Part shown: piece after piece, positions 40,112-53,207 of the stretch
Layout: each line of letters opens with the position of its first letter
Numbering within the stretch: the stretch's first letter is position 1
Translations under genes and position numbers: made by a program
Source: an uncultured Acidobacteriota bacterium
GTDB taxonomy: Bacteria > Acidobacteriota > Vicinamibacteria > Fen-336
Direction: 5' to 3'
Assembly (NCBI GenBank): GCA_963724555.1
Contig: CAVRVE010000028.1
Location: 145,026 to 209,025 of the forward strand
Length of the DNA stretch: 64,000 bases
The notes under the pieces: model-generated
Seen by the model: only the letters and a program-made list of their open reading frames with translations
Databases searched by the model: none
Told to the model about the DNA's origin: nothing

Positions 40112-40567
40112 GGCGCTCGGTGAACCTCGACTTCCGCGCACAGTCGCAAGTCGCTCTCGTCGCGCGTGAGGCAGACTGCGTCCATGCTATCCGTCATCGG
40201 CATGAAAGAGTACTAAGGCTCAACGATTCGCATACATCACGCTATGGCCCCTGAGTCATGCTTGGCTTGTCTAGCAAGTCGATCGGGCAGCGCTCCGCGC
40301 GCAGAGCACCGCCGCCGAGCTCTGAGCGCTCGATCTGCGCCGACGGCCCGAGAGCGACCTGCGCGCGTCAGCAGCGACGCCGGTCTTTGGCGAACTGCCA
40401 ACTTCGTGTCCCGTCTGCCACGGCCGTGGTCCGACTCGCTCTGTCCGCGCTACGGCACCAGGAGCGCGCGTCGCCGTCCAGGCTGAGCGTACCGATTGCA
40501 GCGACCTTTGTGTTGTACAACTCGCGAGCCTCGCCTGGCAGGCGTTGATGCTTCATCGCTATTGTCG

Positions 40568-40730
40568 GTCGAACATATAAGTAGGCCGACCGGCCTAGAT
40601 CGGCCACGCGGTCGGCCTAAGCACGATGGGCACTGGGTCGCACTATATGGACCAACGTGCTGAGCGTCAATGGTTTCAAGCCAGTCGATGACGCTCGCGC
40701 TGCTGGCATGGGCCGACCGGCCTAACCGGC
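40568..40730 (-). other. candidate attI region
   Basis: A single GTTCGAC core (minus strand, 40574-40568) is identical to the attC R' boxes but has no partner R''. It is flanked by three copies of TAGGCCG(A/G)(C/T)CGGCC (40582-40597, 40607-40620 inverted, 40711-40726). It lies 30-190 nt 3' of intI. Confidence 0.35.
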
Positions 40731-40755
40731 TTGGCATTCTCAGCCACTCACTAGC

Positions 40756-41794
40756 TCACAGGCGGTCGGCTGGGCTCTGGACCCCGCGACCGCCGCGGTT
40801 CAGGACGTGGGTGTAGATCATCGTAGTGCTCACGTCGCTTGTGGCCCAGCAACTCCTGGACCGTTCGAATGTCGTAGCCGTCGCGCAGCAGCTCGGTCGC
40901 GAAGCAATGACGCAACGTGTGCGGCGTGGCTGGCTTGCTGAGGCCGGCGAAGCGCACCGCCTCGGCCACCGCCTTCTGGACGACGGTCTCGTGTAAGTGA
41001 TGCCTGTGGCGGACGCCGGTCTGACGGTCGGTGAAATGGGAGGACGCCGGGAAGACGTATTGCCAGGCCCACTGTCTGTCGGCGTTCGGGTACTTGCGGG
41101 CCAGGGCGGCCGGCAGGGGTGCGCGACCCAGGCCCTGGCGCAGGTCGTTCTCGTGGAGCTCGCCTACCTTCTGGAGATGGGCGAGTAGCTGCTGCTTGCA
41201 GCAGGCGGGCAGCGTCGTGACGCGGTCCTTTTGTCCCTTGCCGTCCCGCACGGTGATCTCGTTGCGCTCGAAGTCGATGTCCTTGACACGCATGTGCAGG
41301 CACTCGAGCAGCCGTAGCCCGCTGCCGTACAAGAGTGTGCACACGAGCAACACGACGCCGTCGAGGTGGGCCAGGAGTTGTTTCACCTCGCCGCGGGTCA
41401 GGACGACTGGCACCCGGCCCGGCCGCTTGGCGCGCACGACGCCTTCGAGCAGGCCAATGTCACGCTCCAGGACCTGCTTATACAGGAAGACCAGGGCGCT
41501 CAGGGCCTGGGTCTGTGTCGAGGCGCTGACCCGCTCCTTCACCGCAAGGTGCGACAGGAAGGCGTTGAGTTCTGGCTTGCCCATCTCGGCAGGGTGCCGA
41601 ACCTTGTGGAAGAAGATGTAGCGCCGGATCCAGTGCACGTAAGCCTGTTCGGTTCGCGGGCTGTAGTGGCGCGTTCGGATTGCCTCACGAACGCGGTCTA
41701 GAAGCTTGGGCTTCGCCGGAGGCTGCCGAGCGGGCTGGCAGTGCCCTGCTTGCAGCAGAGCGGCAACAGGGCCGCCAATGGGATCGATGGTCAT
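40756..41794 (-). CDS. intI: integron integrase IntI; one frame break near the 3' end
   Basis: ORF 40751..41914 trimmed to the ATG at 41792-41794 (AGGGAGG RBS). Colinear with IntI1: [59 protein letters not shown]. It carries the IntI-specific insertion [21 protein letters not shown]. Deleting one base near 40838 restores [31 protein letters not shown], with the stop at 40756-40758. Confidence 0.9.
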
Positions 41795-42001
41795 CGGGGA
41801 ACGCCTCCCTGGGCAAGTGACGGGCAGCGGCCCAGTGCCTGGGGAGAGCGCCGGCAGCGGGGCCAAGGGTGAGTCTGCGCGCACCTCGTGCCCGATGAGG
41901 TCCAAAGCGGACAAGCGGCCGTCGGGACCGGCGCGTGCGGCGCGATCGCGGTCAGCGAGACGTGTGGACGCCGAACGGTTGCGCCAAGTTCGTCCGGTTG
42001 G

Positions 42002-43072
42002 TCAGACGCCCCACTCCGCGCTTACTGCTTCCTCCTCGGTGTCGTTGGACCAGCGCGACCACGAGAGGTTCCTGAGCACGGCGTCGGTGAGCTCGGTCGT
42101 GGTGGCGTGGCCGCCGATGTCGGGGGTGCGGACCTCGCGGAGCGCCGCGACCATCGCCTTCTCCACCGCGCGCGCCATCTGGGGGCGCCTGAAGACGTGC
42201 TCGAGCATCAGCGCGATCGAGAGGATCGCGCCCGTCGGGTTGGCGATGCCCTTGCCGGCGATGTCGGGCGCGGCGCCGTGGATCGGCTCGTAGAGGCCCG
42301 GGCCCGGGCCCAGCGAGGCGGAGGGCAGCACGCCGATCGAGCCGGCGATCGCCGCCGCCTCGTCGCTCAGGATGTCGCCGAAGAGGTTGTCGGTCAGGAT
42401 CACGTCGAACTTGTGCGGCACGCGCAGGAGCTCGAAGCTCATCGCGTCCACGTAGCGGTGCTCGAGCGTGACGTCCGGGTACTCGGCCGCGATCTCGGTC
42501 ACCACGCGGCGCCAGAGCCGCGACGAGGCGAGCACGTTCGCCTTGTCGACCGAGGTGACGTGCTTGCGGCGACGGCGCGCGAGCTTGAACGCGACGTGCG
42601 CCACGCGGCGCACCTCCTCGCGCGTCTGGCGCCAGGTGTCGACGGCCTCCTCGGGCTTCTCGAAGCGCGGCTCGCCGAAGTAGACGCCGCCCGAGAGCTC
42701 GCGCACCACCAGGACGTCGGCCTGGCGCACCAGGCTCTCCTTGAGCGGCGTCGGCAGGCCCAGGTAGCGGGCCGGCCTGAGGTTGGCGTACACGTCGAGC
42801 GCGCGCCGCAGCCCGAGCAGGCCCTGCTCCGGCCGCACCGCGGCGCTCTCCCACTTCGGCCCGCCGACGGCGCCCAGGAAGACCGCCTCCGACTCCTGGC
42901 AGAGCGCCACGGTCTCCTTGGGGAGCGGGTCGCCCGTCGCGTCGATCGCCGCTCCGCCCACGAGCGCCTCGCGCGTCTCGTGCGGGATGCAGGCCTCGAG
43001 CACGCGCAGCGCGGCCCGCGTGACCTCCGGGCCGATGCCGTCGCCGGGCAGGAACGCGATCTTCGGCTTCAT
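42002..43072 (-). CDS. leuB: 3-isopropylmalate dehydrogenase
   Basis: 356 aa and intact. [17 protein letters not shown] ... [27 protein letters not shown]. Confidence 0.95.
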   Translation of the reverse strand: MKPKIAFLPGDGIGPEVTRAALRVLEACIPHETREALVGGAAIDATGDPLPKETVALCQESEAVFLGAVGGPKWESAAVRPEQGLLGLRRALDVYANLRPARYLGLPTPLKESLVRQADVLVVRELSGGVYFGEPRFEKPEEAVDTWRQTREEVRRVAHVAFKLARRRRKHVTSVDKANVLASSRLWRRVVTEIAAEYPDVTLEHRYVDAMSFELLRVPHKFDVILTDNLFGDILSDEAAAIAGSIGVLPSASLGPGPGLYEPIHGAAPDIAGKGIANPTGAILSIALMLEHVFRRPQMARAVEKAMVAALREVRTPDIGGHATTTELTDAVLRNLSWSRWSNDTEEEAVSAEWGV

Positions 43073-43662
43073 GACGTCCTCCAGGGTACGGAGCCCGCCG
43101 CCGCCTCGTAGGCCGAGATCTCGGCCTCGCGCGTCAGCAGGAACGACAGCTCGTCGAGCCCGTTCAGCACGCAGTAGCGCGCGAACGGCTCGAGCGGGAA
43201 CGAAGCGCGCCGCTCACCCACCACGAGGGTGCCGGCTGCGACGTCGATCACGACCCGGGCGCCGGGAGCGGCGAAGAGATCGGCCTGGGTGTCCTCGTCC
43301 ACCTGCACGGGCAGCAGGCCGTTCTTGAGCGCGTTGGCGCGGAAGATGTCCGCGAAGGCGGTGCTGACGACCGCGTCGATCCCGAACGACTGCAGCGCCC
43401 ACACCGCGTGCTCGCGCGAGGAGCCGCAGCCGAAGTTGCGGCCGGCCACCAGCACGCGCGCGCCCGCGGCCTCCGGGCGGTTCAGCACGAAGTCGGCGCG
43501 CTTCGTCCCCTTCTCGTCGAAGCGCCAGTCGGCGAAGAGCAGCTCGCCCAGGCCGTCGCGCGAGGTCGTGACCAGGAAGCGCGCCGGGATGATCTGGTCG
43601 GTGTCGACGTTGTCGATCGGCAGCACGACGGTGCGCGCGGCGATCTGCGTGACGGGCTTCAC
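43069..43662 (-). CDS. leuD: 3-isopropylmalate dehydratase small subunit
   Basis: GTG start overlapping the leuC stop (GTGA). [14 protein letters not shown] ... [17 protein letters not shown]. Confidence 0.9.
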   Translation of the reverse strand: MKPVTQIAARTVVLPIDNVDTDQIIPARFLVTTSRDGLGELLFADWRFDEKGTKRADFVLNRPEAAGARVLVAGRNFGCGSSREHAVWALQSFGIDAVVSTAFADIFRANALKNGLLPVQVDEDTQADLFAAPGARVVIDVAAGTLVVGERRASFPLEPFARYCVLNGLDELSFLLTREAEISAYEAAAGSVPWRTS

Positions 43663-45065
43663 GCGAGCACCTCGCGCGCGTCGGCGATCGCGCCGCGCAC
43701 CGCCGCGACGGCCGCCGTCGTGGGGCTCGCCAGGAAGGTGCGGCCGCCCTTGCCCTGGCGGCCCTCGAAGTTGCGGTTGCTGGTGCTGACCGCGTACTGC
43801 CCGGGCTCCAGCCGGTCGTCGTTCATGCCGAGGCACATCGAGCAGCCGGGCTCGCGCCACTCGGCCCCGGCCTCGCGGAACACGCGGTCGAGCCCCTCGG
43901 CCTCGGCCTGCTGCTTGACCTTCTGCGATCCCGGCACCACGAGCGCCTTGACGCCCGCCGCGACGCGGCGCCCGCGCAGCACCTTCGCCGCCTCGCGCAG
44001 GTCCGTGAGCCGCGAGTTGGTGCAGGAGCCGATGAACACGACGTCGATCTTCCGGCCGAGCAGAGGCTTGCCCGGCTCGAGCCCCATGTAGCGGAGCGCT
44101 TTCTCGAGGCCCGCGTCGCCCTTGGGATCCGGCACGATGCCGCGCACCGGGATGCCCATGCCGGGGTTCGTGCCCCACGTGATCATCGGCTGGATCTCCT
44201 CGGCGTCCACGTGCAGCTCGCGGTCGAAGGCCGCGCCCGGGTCGCTCGGCAGCTCCCGCCAGCGCGCGAGCGCCGCGTCCCACGCCGCGTCCTTGGGTGC
44301 GAGCGGCCGCTCCGCCAGGTACTGGTAGGTCGTCTCGTCGGGTGCGATCAGGCCGGCGCGGGCGCCCGCCTCGATCGACATGTTGCAGACGGTCATGCGC
44401 TCGTCCATCGACAGCGCGCGGATCGCGCTGCCGCGGTACTCGAGCGCGTGGCCGGTGGCGCCGGCGGTGCCGATCCGTGCGATCAGCCCCAGGATCAGGT
44501 CCTTCGCGGTGACGCCGGGCGCGAGCCGGCCCGAGAACTCGACCGCGAACGTCTGCGGCCGCCGCTGCAGCAGGCACTGGGTGGCGAGCACGTGGCCGAC
44601 CTCGCTCGTGCCGATCCCGAACGCGAGCGCGCCGAAGGCGCCGTGCGTGCTGGTGTGGCTGTCGCCGCAGACGATCGTCGCGCCCGGCTGCGTCAGGCCC
44701 AGCTCCGGCCCGATCACGTGCACGATGCCCTGGCGCTCGTCGCCGACGGCGTAGAGCGGCACGCCGAAGTCCTTGCAGTTCTTCTCGAGCGCTTTCACCT
44801 GCTCGCCGGCGGCGCCCACGGCCAGGGCACGCTTGCCGTTCGGGGCGAGCCGCGTCGGGATCGAGTGGTCCATCGTCGCGACGGTCCGATCGGTCCGCCT
44901 CACCTTCAGCTTGCGCTCGCGCAGCTCCGAAAAGGCCTGCGGCGAGGTCACCTCGTGGACCAGGTGCAGGTCGACGTACAGGACCGCCGGCGTCTCCGCG
45001 GTCTCCGCCGAGACCAGGTGCGCATCCCAGATCTTGGAGACGAGCGTGCGCGGGCGGTCCTGCAC
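43659..45065 (-). CDS. leuC: 3-isopropylmalate dehydratase large subunit
   Basis: 468 aa and intact. Aconitase-family motifs [21 protein letters not shown] and [12 protein letters not shown]. Confidence 0.95.
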   Translation of the reverse strand: MQDRPRTLVSKIWDAHLVSAETAETPAVLYVDLHLVHEVTSPQAFSELRERKLKVRRTDRTVATMDHSIPTRLAPNGKRALAVGAAGEQVKALEKNCKDFGVPLYAVGDERQGIVHVIGPELGLTQPGATIVCGDSHTSTHGAFGALAFGIGTSEVGHVLATQCLLQRRPQTFAVEFSGRLAPGVTAKDLILGLIARIGTAGATGHALEYRGSAIRALSMDERMTVCNMSIEAGARAGLIAPDETTYQYLAERPLAPKDAAWDAALARWRELPSDPGAAFDRELHVDAEEIQPMITWGTNPGMGIPVRGIVPDPKGDAGLEKALRYMGLEPGKPLLGRKIDVVFIGSCTNSRLTDLREAAKVLRGRRVAAGVKALVVPGSQKVKQQAEAEGLDRVFREAGAEWREPGCSMCLGMNDDRLEPGQYAVSTSNRNFEGRQGKGGRTFLASPTTAAVAAVRGAIADAREVLA

Positions 45066-45075
45066 GATGGGCTCC

Positions 45076-47629
<2,554 letters not shown>

Positions 47630-47643
47630 TGCTCGTTCTCCCT

Positions 47644-48166
47644 TTAAGCTGCCGGCACCGCTTCGGGTGCGTCTGCCTTCACCATCGGCGAGGTTGCCAC
47701 GGACCATCGCCACCTTCCCCGTCCGGACCATCTCGAGGATGCCGCGCGGACGCAGCAGCTCCACGAGGCCGTCGACCTTCTGCTCGTCGCCGGTGATCTC
47801 GACGATCACCGAGTCCGCCGCCACGTCCACGATGCGCGCCCGGAAGATGTCGCACAGGCTCGCGATCTCGCCGCGCTGCTGCGGCGTCGTGCGCACGCGG
47901 ATGAGCGCCAGGTCGCGGTCGACGGTCGGCAGGTGCGTCACGTCCACCACCTCGGCCACCGGGATCAGCTTGCGCAGGTTGGCGGCCACCAGCGAGGCCG
48001 GCACGCGCGCGGTGTCGACCACGATCGTCATGCGCGAGACCTCGGGGGTCTCGGTGTGGCCGACCGTCAGGCTGTCGATGTTGAAGGCGCGCCTGCGGAA
48101 CAGGCTCGCCACCCGGTTGAGCACCCCGGGCTGGTCCAGCACCTTCGCGACCAGCGTGTGCTTCAC
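47644..48166 (-). CDS. ilvN: acetolactate synthase small (regulatory) subunit; one frame break near the 3' end
   Basis: GTG start overlapping the ilvB stop. ACT domain [49 protein letters not shown]. As given, the frame reads through into ilvC. One indel restores a TAA at 47644-47646, 14 nt before ilvC and followed by AAGGGAGAA. Confidence 0.8.
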
Positions 48167-49868
48167 GAGCGCACCTCGGCACTTCTCCTCGGCCGGCCGC
48201 GGATCATGTCGTCGAGGTCGCTGCCCGGCCGGCACCATCGGGTAGACCGCCTCTTCCTTCTCGACCTGGAACTCGATCAGCACCGGGCCCTTCGTCTCGC
48301 GCGCCTTCTGCACCGTCGGCGCGACGTCGCCGCGCGCCTTCACGCGGTGGGCCGGGATGTCGTAGGCCGCCGCCAGCTTCACGAAATCGGGCGACAGCAT
48401 CGGCGTCGCGGCGTAGCGCTTGTCGTGGAAGAACTCCTGCCACTGCCGCACCATGCCCAGGAAGCCGTTGTTGATCACCGCGATCTTGATGTCGAGCTCC
48501 TCCTGCTGGAGCGTCGCGAGCTCGCACTGCGTCATCTGGAAGCCGCCGTCGCCGGCCACCACCCAGACCTCGGCGTCGGGCCGCGCGAACTTGGCGCCGA
48601 TCGCGGCCGGCAGCGCGAAGCCCATCGTGCCGAGGCCGCCCGAGGTGATGAGCGTGCGCGGCGCGTCGTGCTTGTAGTACTGCGCCTCCCACATCTGGTG
48701 CTGGCCGACGTCCGTGACGATCACCGAGCCGCCGCCGGTGGTCTTCCAGAGGTCGTGCATCACGTGGGGCGCGAGCAGCTGCCCGTCCGACTCCTTGTGG
48801 ATGATGTCGCGCGAGCGCGTCTCGGCGCGTCCCTTCTCGATCTCCGCGAGCCAGGCGTCGTGGCGCTTCTTCGGCACGATCGGCCCGAGCGACTTGAGCG
48901 CGGCCAGCAGGTCGGAGACGAGCGCCACGTCCACCTTGACGTTCTTGTTGATCTCGGAGGCGTCGATCTCGACGTGGATCTTCTTGGCGTGGAGCGCGTA
49001 GGTCTTGAGGTTGCCGGTGACGCGGTCGTCGAAGCGCATGCCGAACGCGAGCAGCAGGTCGGCGCGCTGGATCGCGCTGTTGACGAACGCCTCGCCGTGC
49101 ATGCCCATCATGCCGAGGCAGAGCGGGTGGCTCTGGGGGAAGCCGCCGATCCCGAGCAGCGTGAGCGCCACCGGGATCTGCGCCTTCTCCGCGAACTCGA
49201 TGAGCGCCTGCGAGGACCCGGAGCGGATGACGCCGGCGCCCGCCAGGATCAGCGGCCGCTCGGCCTTCTCGATCAGCTCGGCGGCGCGCGCGAGGCTCTC
49301 GGCGTCGGGCGGCTCGAGCTCGTGCAGCCCCGGCAGGTGGACGGTCTCGGGGTAGACGAAGTCGGTCTTCGCCTGCTGGGCGTCCTTGGTGATGTCGACC
49401 AGCACCGGACCCGGGCCGGCCCGAGCGCGCGATCACGAACGCCTCGCGCATCGTGCGCGCGATCTGGCGCACGTCGGTGACGAGCGAGTTGTGCTTGGTG
49501 ATCGGCAGCGTGATGCCGGTGACGTCGGTCTCCTGGAACGCGTCGCTGCCGAGCACCTTGGAGGAGACCTGGCCCGTGATGAAGACCGTGGGCGAGCTGT
49601 CGAGCATCGCGGTCGCGATGCCGGTCGTGAGGTTGGTGGCGCCGGGGCCCGAGGTGGCGATCGCCACGCCGACCTTGCCGCTCGCGCGCGCGTAGCCGTC
49701 GGCCATGTGCGCCGCGCCCTGCTCGTGGCGCACCAGCACGTGGTGCACGGAGTAGTCGAGCATGGCGTCGTACGTGGGAAGGATCGCGCCACCGGGGTAA
49801 CCGAACACGGTGGTGACGCCCTCCTTCACCAGGCTTTCCCAGACGATCTGTGCTCCCGTTCGTTGCAC
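48163..49868 (-). CDS. ilvB: acetolactate synthase large subunit; two frame breaks
   Basis: GTG start after [34 protein letters not shown] ... / ThDP motif [18 protein letters not shown]...[13 protein letters not shown]. Breaks near 49410 and 48215. Confidence 0.9.
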
Positions 49869-49886
49869 GCGCTTCCTCCGCGAGAG

Positions 49887-49933
49887 GCCAAAAAAAAACC
49901 CGGGGTTCTTGCCCCCGGGGTTCGCTTTTGGCC
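49887..49933 (-). terminator. intrinsic terminator of the ilv-leu leader (attenuator)
   Basis: RNA sense: GGCCAAAAGCGAA-CCCGGGG-gcaagaa-CCCCGGG-UUUUUUUUU-GGCC. A 7-bp all-GC stem is followed by nine U, and the structure ends 18 nt before the ilvB start. Confidence 0.75.
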
Positions 49934-49951
49934 TCGGATTGCCTATTGGCC

Positions 49952-50059
49952 TTAGGCCGCGAACCCCCCGGGCAGAATGCCCAGCAGCAGCAGGACCAGC
50001 AGGGACAGTCGTACAGCGACCCGGGACGCAAGGACGCGGGTTGCCGTGCGATTCGACAT
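49952..50059 (-). promoter_or_regulatory. ilv-leu leader peptide ORF (35 codons, branched-chain-rich)
   Basis: [35 protein letters not shown]-stop, with eight CTG Leu codons in a 12-codon stretch. Its last codons (GGGGUUCGC) are complementary to GCGAACCCC in the 5' flank of the terminator. There is no obvious SD, so it is possibly leaderless. Confidence 0.6.
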
Positions 50060-50071
50060 AAAGAGATGCCG

Positions 50072-50101
50072 ATAGTGCTCCTTCACGGACGCGGCTGTCA
50101 A
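50072..50101 (-). promoter_or_regulatory. candidate sigma70-type promoter for the ilv-leu leader
   Basis: Minus strand: TTGACA (50101-50096), 18 nt spacer, CACTAT (50077-50072). This would put the transcription start a few nt before the leader ATG. Confidence 0.3.
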
Positions 50102-50181
50102 GCGCGTAATGAGGAGATGTGCGCTCATGAACGGAATCGATCGCCGAAATGACCGAAGAGGGCGGAATGAGGGGAAAGAAA

Positions 50182-50225
50182 CGGCCTGGCTAAAGGGGGG
50201 CATCCCGCCCCCCTAACCCCCGGGG
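50182..50225 (+). repeat. G/C-rich hairpin repeat, copy B
   Basis: CGGCCTGGCTAAAGGGGGGCATCCCGCCCCCCTAACCCCCGGGG. It overlaps the last codons and 3' flank of the oxidoreductase gene, and is closely similar to the reverse complement of 61695-61747. Confidence 0.5.
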
Positions 50226-51550
50226 TGTACCCACGGCGCCCGGTACGGCCGGCGCAGCAGGCGGTTGGCCTCGTCGTCCCCGATCACCAGGCCCCGCTCC
50301 TGGTCCCACGCGAGCGTGCGGCCGAGCCGCAGCGACAGGTTCGCGAGGATGCAGGCCGAGCTCGAGATGTGGCCCTGCTCGATGTCGGACACCGGCTTCT
50401 CGCGCGACTCCCGGCACGCGAGCAGGTTCTTCATGTGGGCGCGCAGCGCGGGAGCGACGTGCTTCTCGAGCTCCTCCTCGGTCCGGTCCTCGGGGAACTG
50501 GTCGAGCTCGTAGCGGACGTCGCGGTGGACGGCGCCCGCGCCCTCGTTCGGCGTGAAGTCGTAGCCCATGACGCTCGCCTTGAGCGTGCCCTTGTCGCCG
50601 AAGATCGTGGCGGCCCAGGGGTACTGCGGGTCGGGCGGATTGCCCCAGGCCCGGTGGTTCCAGACGACCTGGAGCTCGCCGAAGTCGAAGGTCGCCGTCT
50701 GCGTGTCGCTGATGTCGAAGCCGGCGCCCGGGTCGATGATGCGGCCGCCCGAGCTGCTGATGCGCTTCGGCATCCCGAGCTCGAGCATCCAGCGCACCAT
50801 GTCGAACATGTGGACGCAGAGGTCCCCCACCATGCCGTTGCCGTACGCCATGAACGAGCGCCAGCCGCGCGGGTGAACGGCGTCGTTGTAGGGCAGAAGC
50901 GGCGCCGGCCCGCTCCAGAACTCCCAGTCGAGCGTCGCCGGCACCGGCAACGGCTTCGGGCTGCCGCGCCGCGTGCCGTAGTAGGAATAGATCTCGACCT
51001 GGCCGATGCGGCCGAGCTTGCCGGCCTTCACGATCTCCTCGCGCGCCTCGACGAGATGCGGCGTGCTGCGGCGCTGCAGGCCGACCTGGACCACGCGGCC
51101 GTTCTTGCGCGCCGCCGCCAGCATCGCCTGGCCCTCGACCACGTCGACGCTGATCGGCTTCTCGACGTAGACGTCGGCGCCGGACTTCACCGCCTCGATC
51201 ATCGGCAGCGCGTGCCAGTGGTCGGGCGTCGAGACGATCGCGAGGTCGAGGTCGCGCTCGGCCAGCATCTTGCGGTAGTCGCCGTAGAGGCGCGGCGTCG
51301 CCTTCGACGCCTGCCGCGCAGCCACCATCTGGCCGGTCTTCTCGAGCATGGCGCGGTCGACGTCGCAGAGCGATACCACCTGTGCCGGCGCCACCTGCAG
51401 CAGCCGGAAGAGGGCGCTCTTGCCGTACCAGCCGCAGCCGATCAGCCCGACCCGCAGCCGCGTGTCGGCGAGAGCCTCGGCGTGGCGAGCGAGCCCGGCC
51501 AGCGCGAGGGCCGCGCCACCGCTCGAACGAAGGAAGTGTCGTCGCTGCAT
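50213..51550 (-). CDS. Gfo/Idh/MocA-family oxidoreductase with Tat signal
   Basis: ORF 50213..51586 trimmed to MQRRHFLRSSGGAALALAGLARHAEA. Rossmann motif LRVGLIGCGWYGKS and EKP motif VYVEKPIS. Confidence 0.85.
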   Translation of the reverse strand: MQRRHFLRSSGGAALALAGLARHAEALADTRLRVGLIGCGWYGKSALFRLLQVAPAQVVSLCDVDRAMLEKTGQMVAARQASKATPRLYGDYRKMLAERDLDLAIVSTPDHWHALPMIEAVKSGADVYVEKPISVDVVEGQAMLAAARKNGRVVQVGLQRRSTPHLVEAREEIVKAGKLGRIGQVEIYSYYGTRRGSPKPLPVPATLDWEFWSGPAPLLPYNDAVHPRGWRSFMAYGNGMVGDLCVHMFDMVRWMLELGMPKRISSSGGRIIDPGAGFDISDTQTATFDFGELQVVWNHRAWGNPPDPQYPWAATIFGDKGTLKASVMGYDFTPNEGAGAVHRDVRYELDQFPEDRTEEELEKHVAPALRAHMKNLLACRESREKPVSDIEQGHISSSACILANLSLRLGRTLAWDQERGLVIGDDEANRLLRRPYRAPWVHPGG

Positions 51551-51607
51551 GCAGAGCGTCTTACGGCGAAACGCCGGCTTTGGCAAGGGGATCGGCCGCT
51601 TGCCGTC

Positions 51608-53206
51608 CTACTGGGCGCAGGCGACACCGGCCGGGGGGCCGGTGGGGGCGCCCAGGCGCACGTCCTCCGAGGCCAGCTTCTGGAAGGCCAGGTGCTGCAC
51701 CAGGGGCGGCTCGGTCGGCGACAGGGTGAAGAAGACGCCGACGGTCCCGCCGGCGCACTTGAGGTTGAACTGGCCGCGCAGCCAGTTCTCGGGCAGCACC
51801 GGGCCCGCGTCGCCGCACTCGCCGACCTCTTCCTTGAGCCTCTGGATCTCGGCCTGTCTCTGCGCGGCCGGCGCGTCGAGCAACAGGTTCACGGCCGCGA
51901 TCCGCTTCGCTTCCGCATCGTCCCAGTGCCGCCACAAGCCGAGGATGCTCTCGCGCATCTCGGATTGCAGCCGGGTGGGCGGCAGCTCCCGCTTGTGGAG
52001 GCCGCCGGTCTTGAGCATCGCGTCCCACGCGCGGCTGGTCGGCTCCGCCGGGCCCGAGTAGGTCAGGGTCGCCATCGCGAACAGGCCGACGCCGTAGTCG
52101 GGAAGCCAGGCCATGTAGGAGCCGAAGCCCGGGAGCCCCCCGCCGTGCGCCGCGATCGTCTCGAAGCGGCAATCGGAGCTCACGCGCAGCCCGTAGCCGT
52201 AGCCGCTCTCGGACGCCCTGAGCTCGCCGTCCACGCGCCGCAGCGCGAGGTTCGAGGGCGTCCAGAGGTGAGCCATCTCGCGCACCGAGGCGCGCTTCAC
52301 GGGACCGGTCTCGGGGTCGTCGCGCGCCGGCCAGGCGGACAGGTGGAAGGCGACGTACTTCGCGAGATCGTCCGCCGTCGTCAGCAGGCCGCCCATGGCG
52401 CCGAAGACACCGTGCGGCAGCGGCGGCTCCACTTCGTAGCTCCCGTCGGGCTTCAGCCGGTAGCCCACGGCGCGGCTCGCGGCCGGGATGTCCTTGAACT
52501 CGAAGGTCGTCCGGTCCATGTGCAGCTTCGCCAGGACCTGCTCCCGCACGTAGCGCTCGTAGGGAATGCCGGAGGCCTTCGTGACGATGCGGCCCAGCAG
52601 GCCGAACGCGTAGTTCGAATACTCGTAGCGCGTCCCCGGCGGCGTCGAGAACGGAATCCCGCGGCGGAGCCATTCGTCGAGGGCGGCGTCCGTCGCGCTC
52701 AGCTGCTGATCGCCCCACGGATTGTCCTCGGGGAAGCCGGCGCTGTGGCTCATGAGCTGGCGGACGCGCAGCGGCGCGCTGTCGCGCGTGGGCAGCTCCA
52801 TGCGGGCAAACTGCGGTATCCACCTGGAGACGGGGTCTTCGAGCGACAGCCTGCCCTCGTCGCGCAGCTTCAGCACGGCGAGCGCCGTGAAGCTCTTGGT
52901 CATCGAGGCGATGCGGAACGCGGTCGAGGAGTGGACGGGGTCCTGCGACGAGCGGTCGCGCACTCCGAACGTCCCCACGTGCGCGAGGCGGGCGTCGATC
53001 ACCACGCCCCAGACCATGCCGGGGATCTTCTTCTCTTCGGCATAGGCGCGGAAGATGCGGTCGATCTCGGGCAGGGCCGACTCCAGCTTCTGCACCCGAT
53101 CGCGATCGGAGAAGCGCGGCGGCGGATAGGCGTCGCTCGCGGCGAGCATGGCGCTCGGCAGCAGCACGACGGCGAGGATCCGTCGCACGCGCGGCATGGC
53201 CGTCAC
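51608..53206 (-). CDS. serine hydrolase, beta-lactamase/transpeptidase-like (class C family)
   Basis: Signal peptide, SxxK motif FRIASMTKSFTA, YSNYAFGLLG (YxN), and a C-terminal extra domain. 532 aa. Confidence 0.85.
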   Translation of the reverse strand: MTAMPRVRRILAVVLLPSAMLAASDAYPPPRFSDRDRVQKLESALPEIDRIFRAYAEEKKIPGMVWGVVIDARLAHVGTFGVRDRSSQDPVHSSTAFRIASMTKSFTALAVLKLRDEGRLSLEDPVSRWIPQFARMELPTRDSAPLRVRQLMSHSAGFPEDNPWGDQQLSATDAALDEWLRRGIPFSTPPGTRYEYSNYAFGLLGRIVTKASGIPYERYVREQVLAKLHMDRTTFEFKDIPAASRAVGYRLKPDGSYEVEPPLPHGVFGAMGGLLTTADDLAKYVAFHLSAWPARDDPETGPVKRASVREMAHLWTPSNLALRRVDGELRASESGYGYGLRVSSDCRFETIAAHGGGLPGFGSYMAWLPDYGVGLFAMATLTYSGPAEPTSRAWDAMLKTGGLHKRELPPTRLQSEMRESILGLWRHWDDAEAKRIAAVNLLLDAPAAQRQAEIQRLKEEVGECGDAGPVLPENWLRGQFNLKCAGGTVGVFFTLSPTEPPLVQHLAFQKLASEDVRLGAPTGPPAGVACAQ

Positions 53207-53207
53207 G

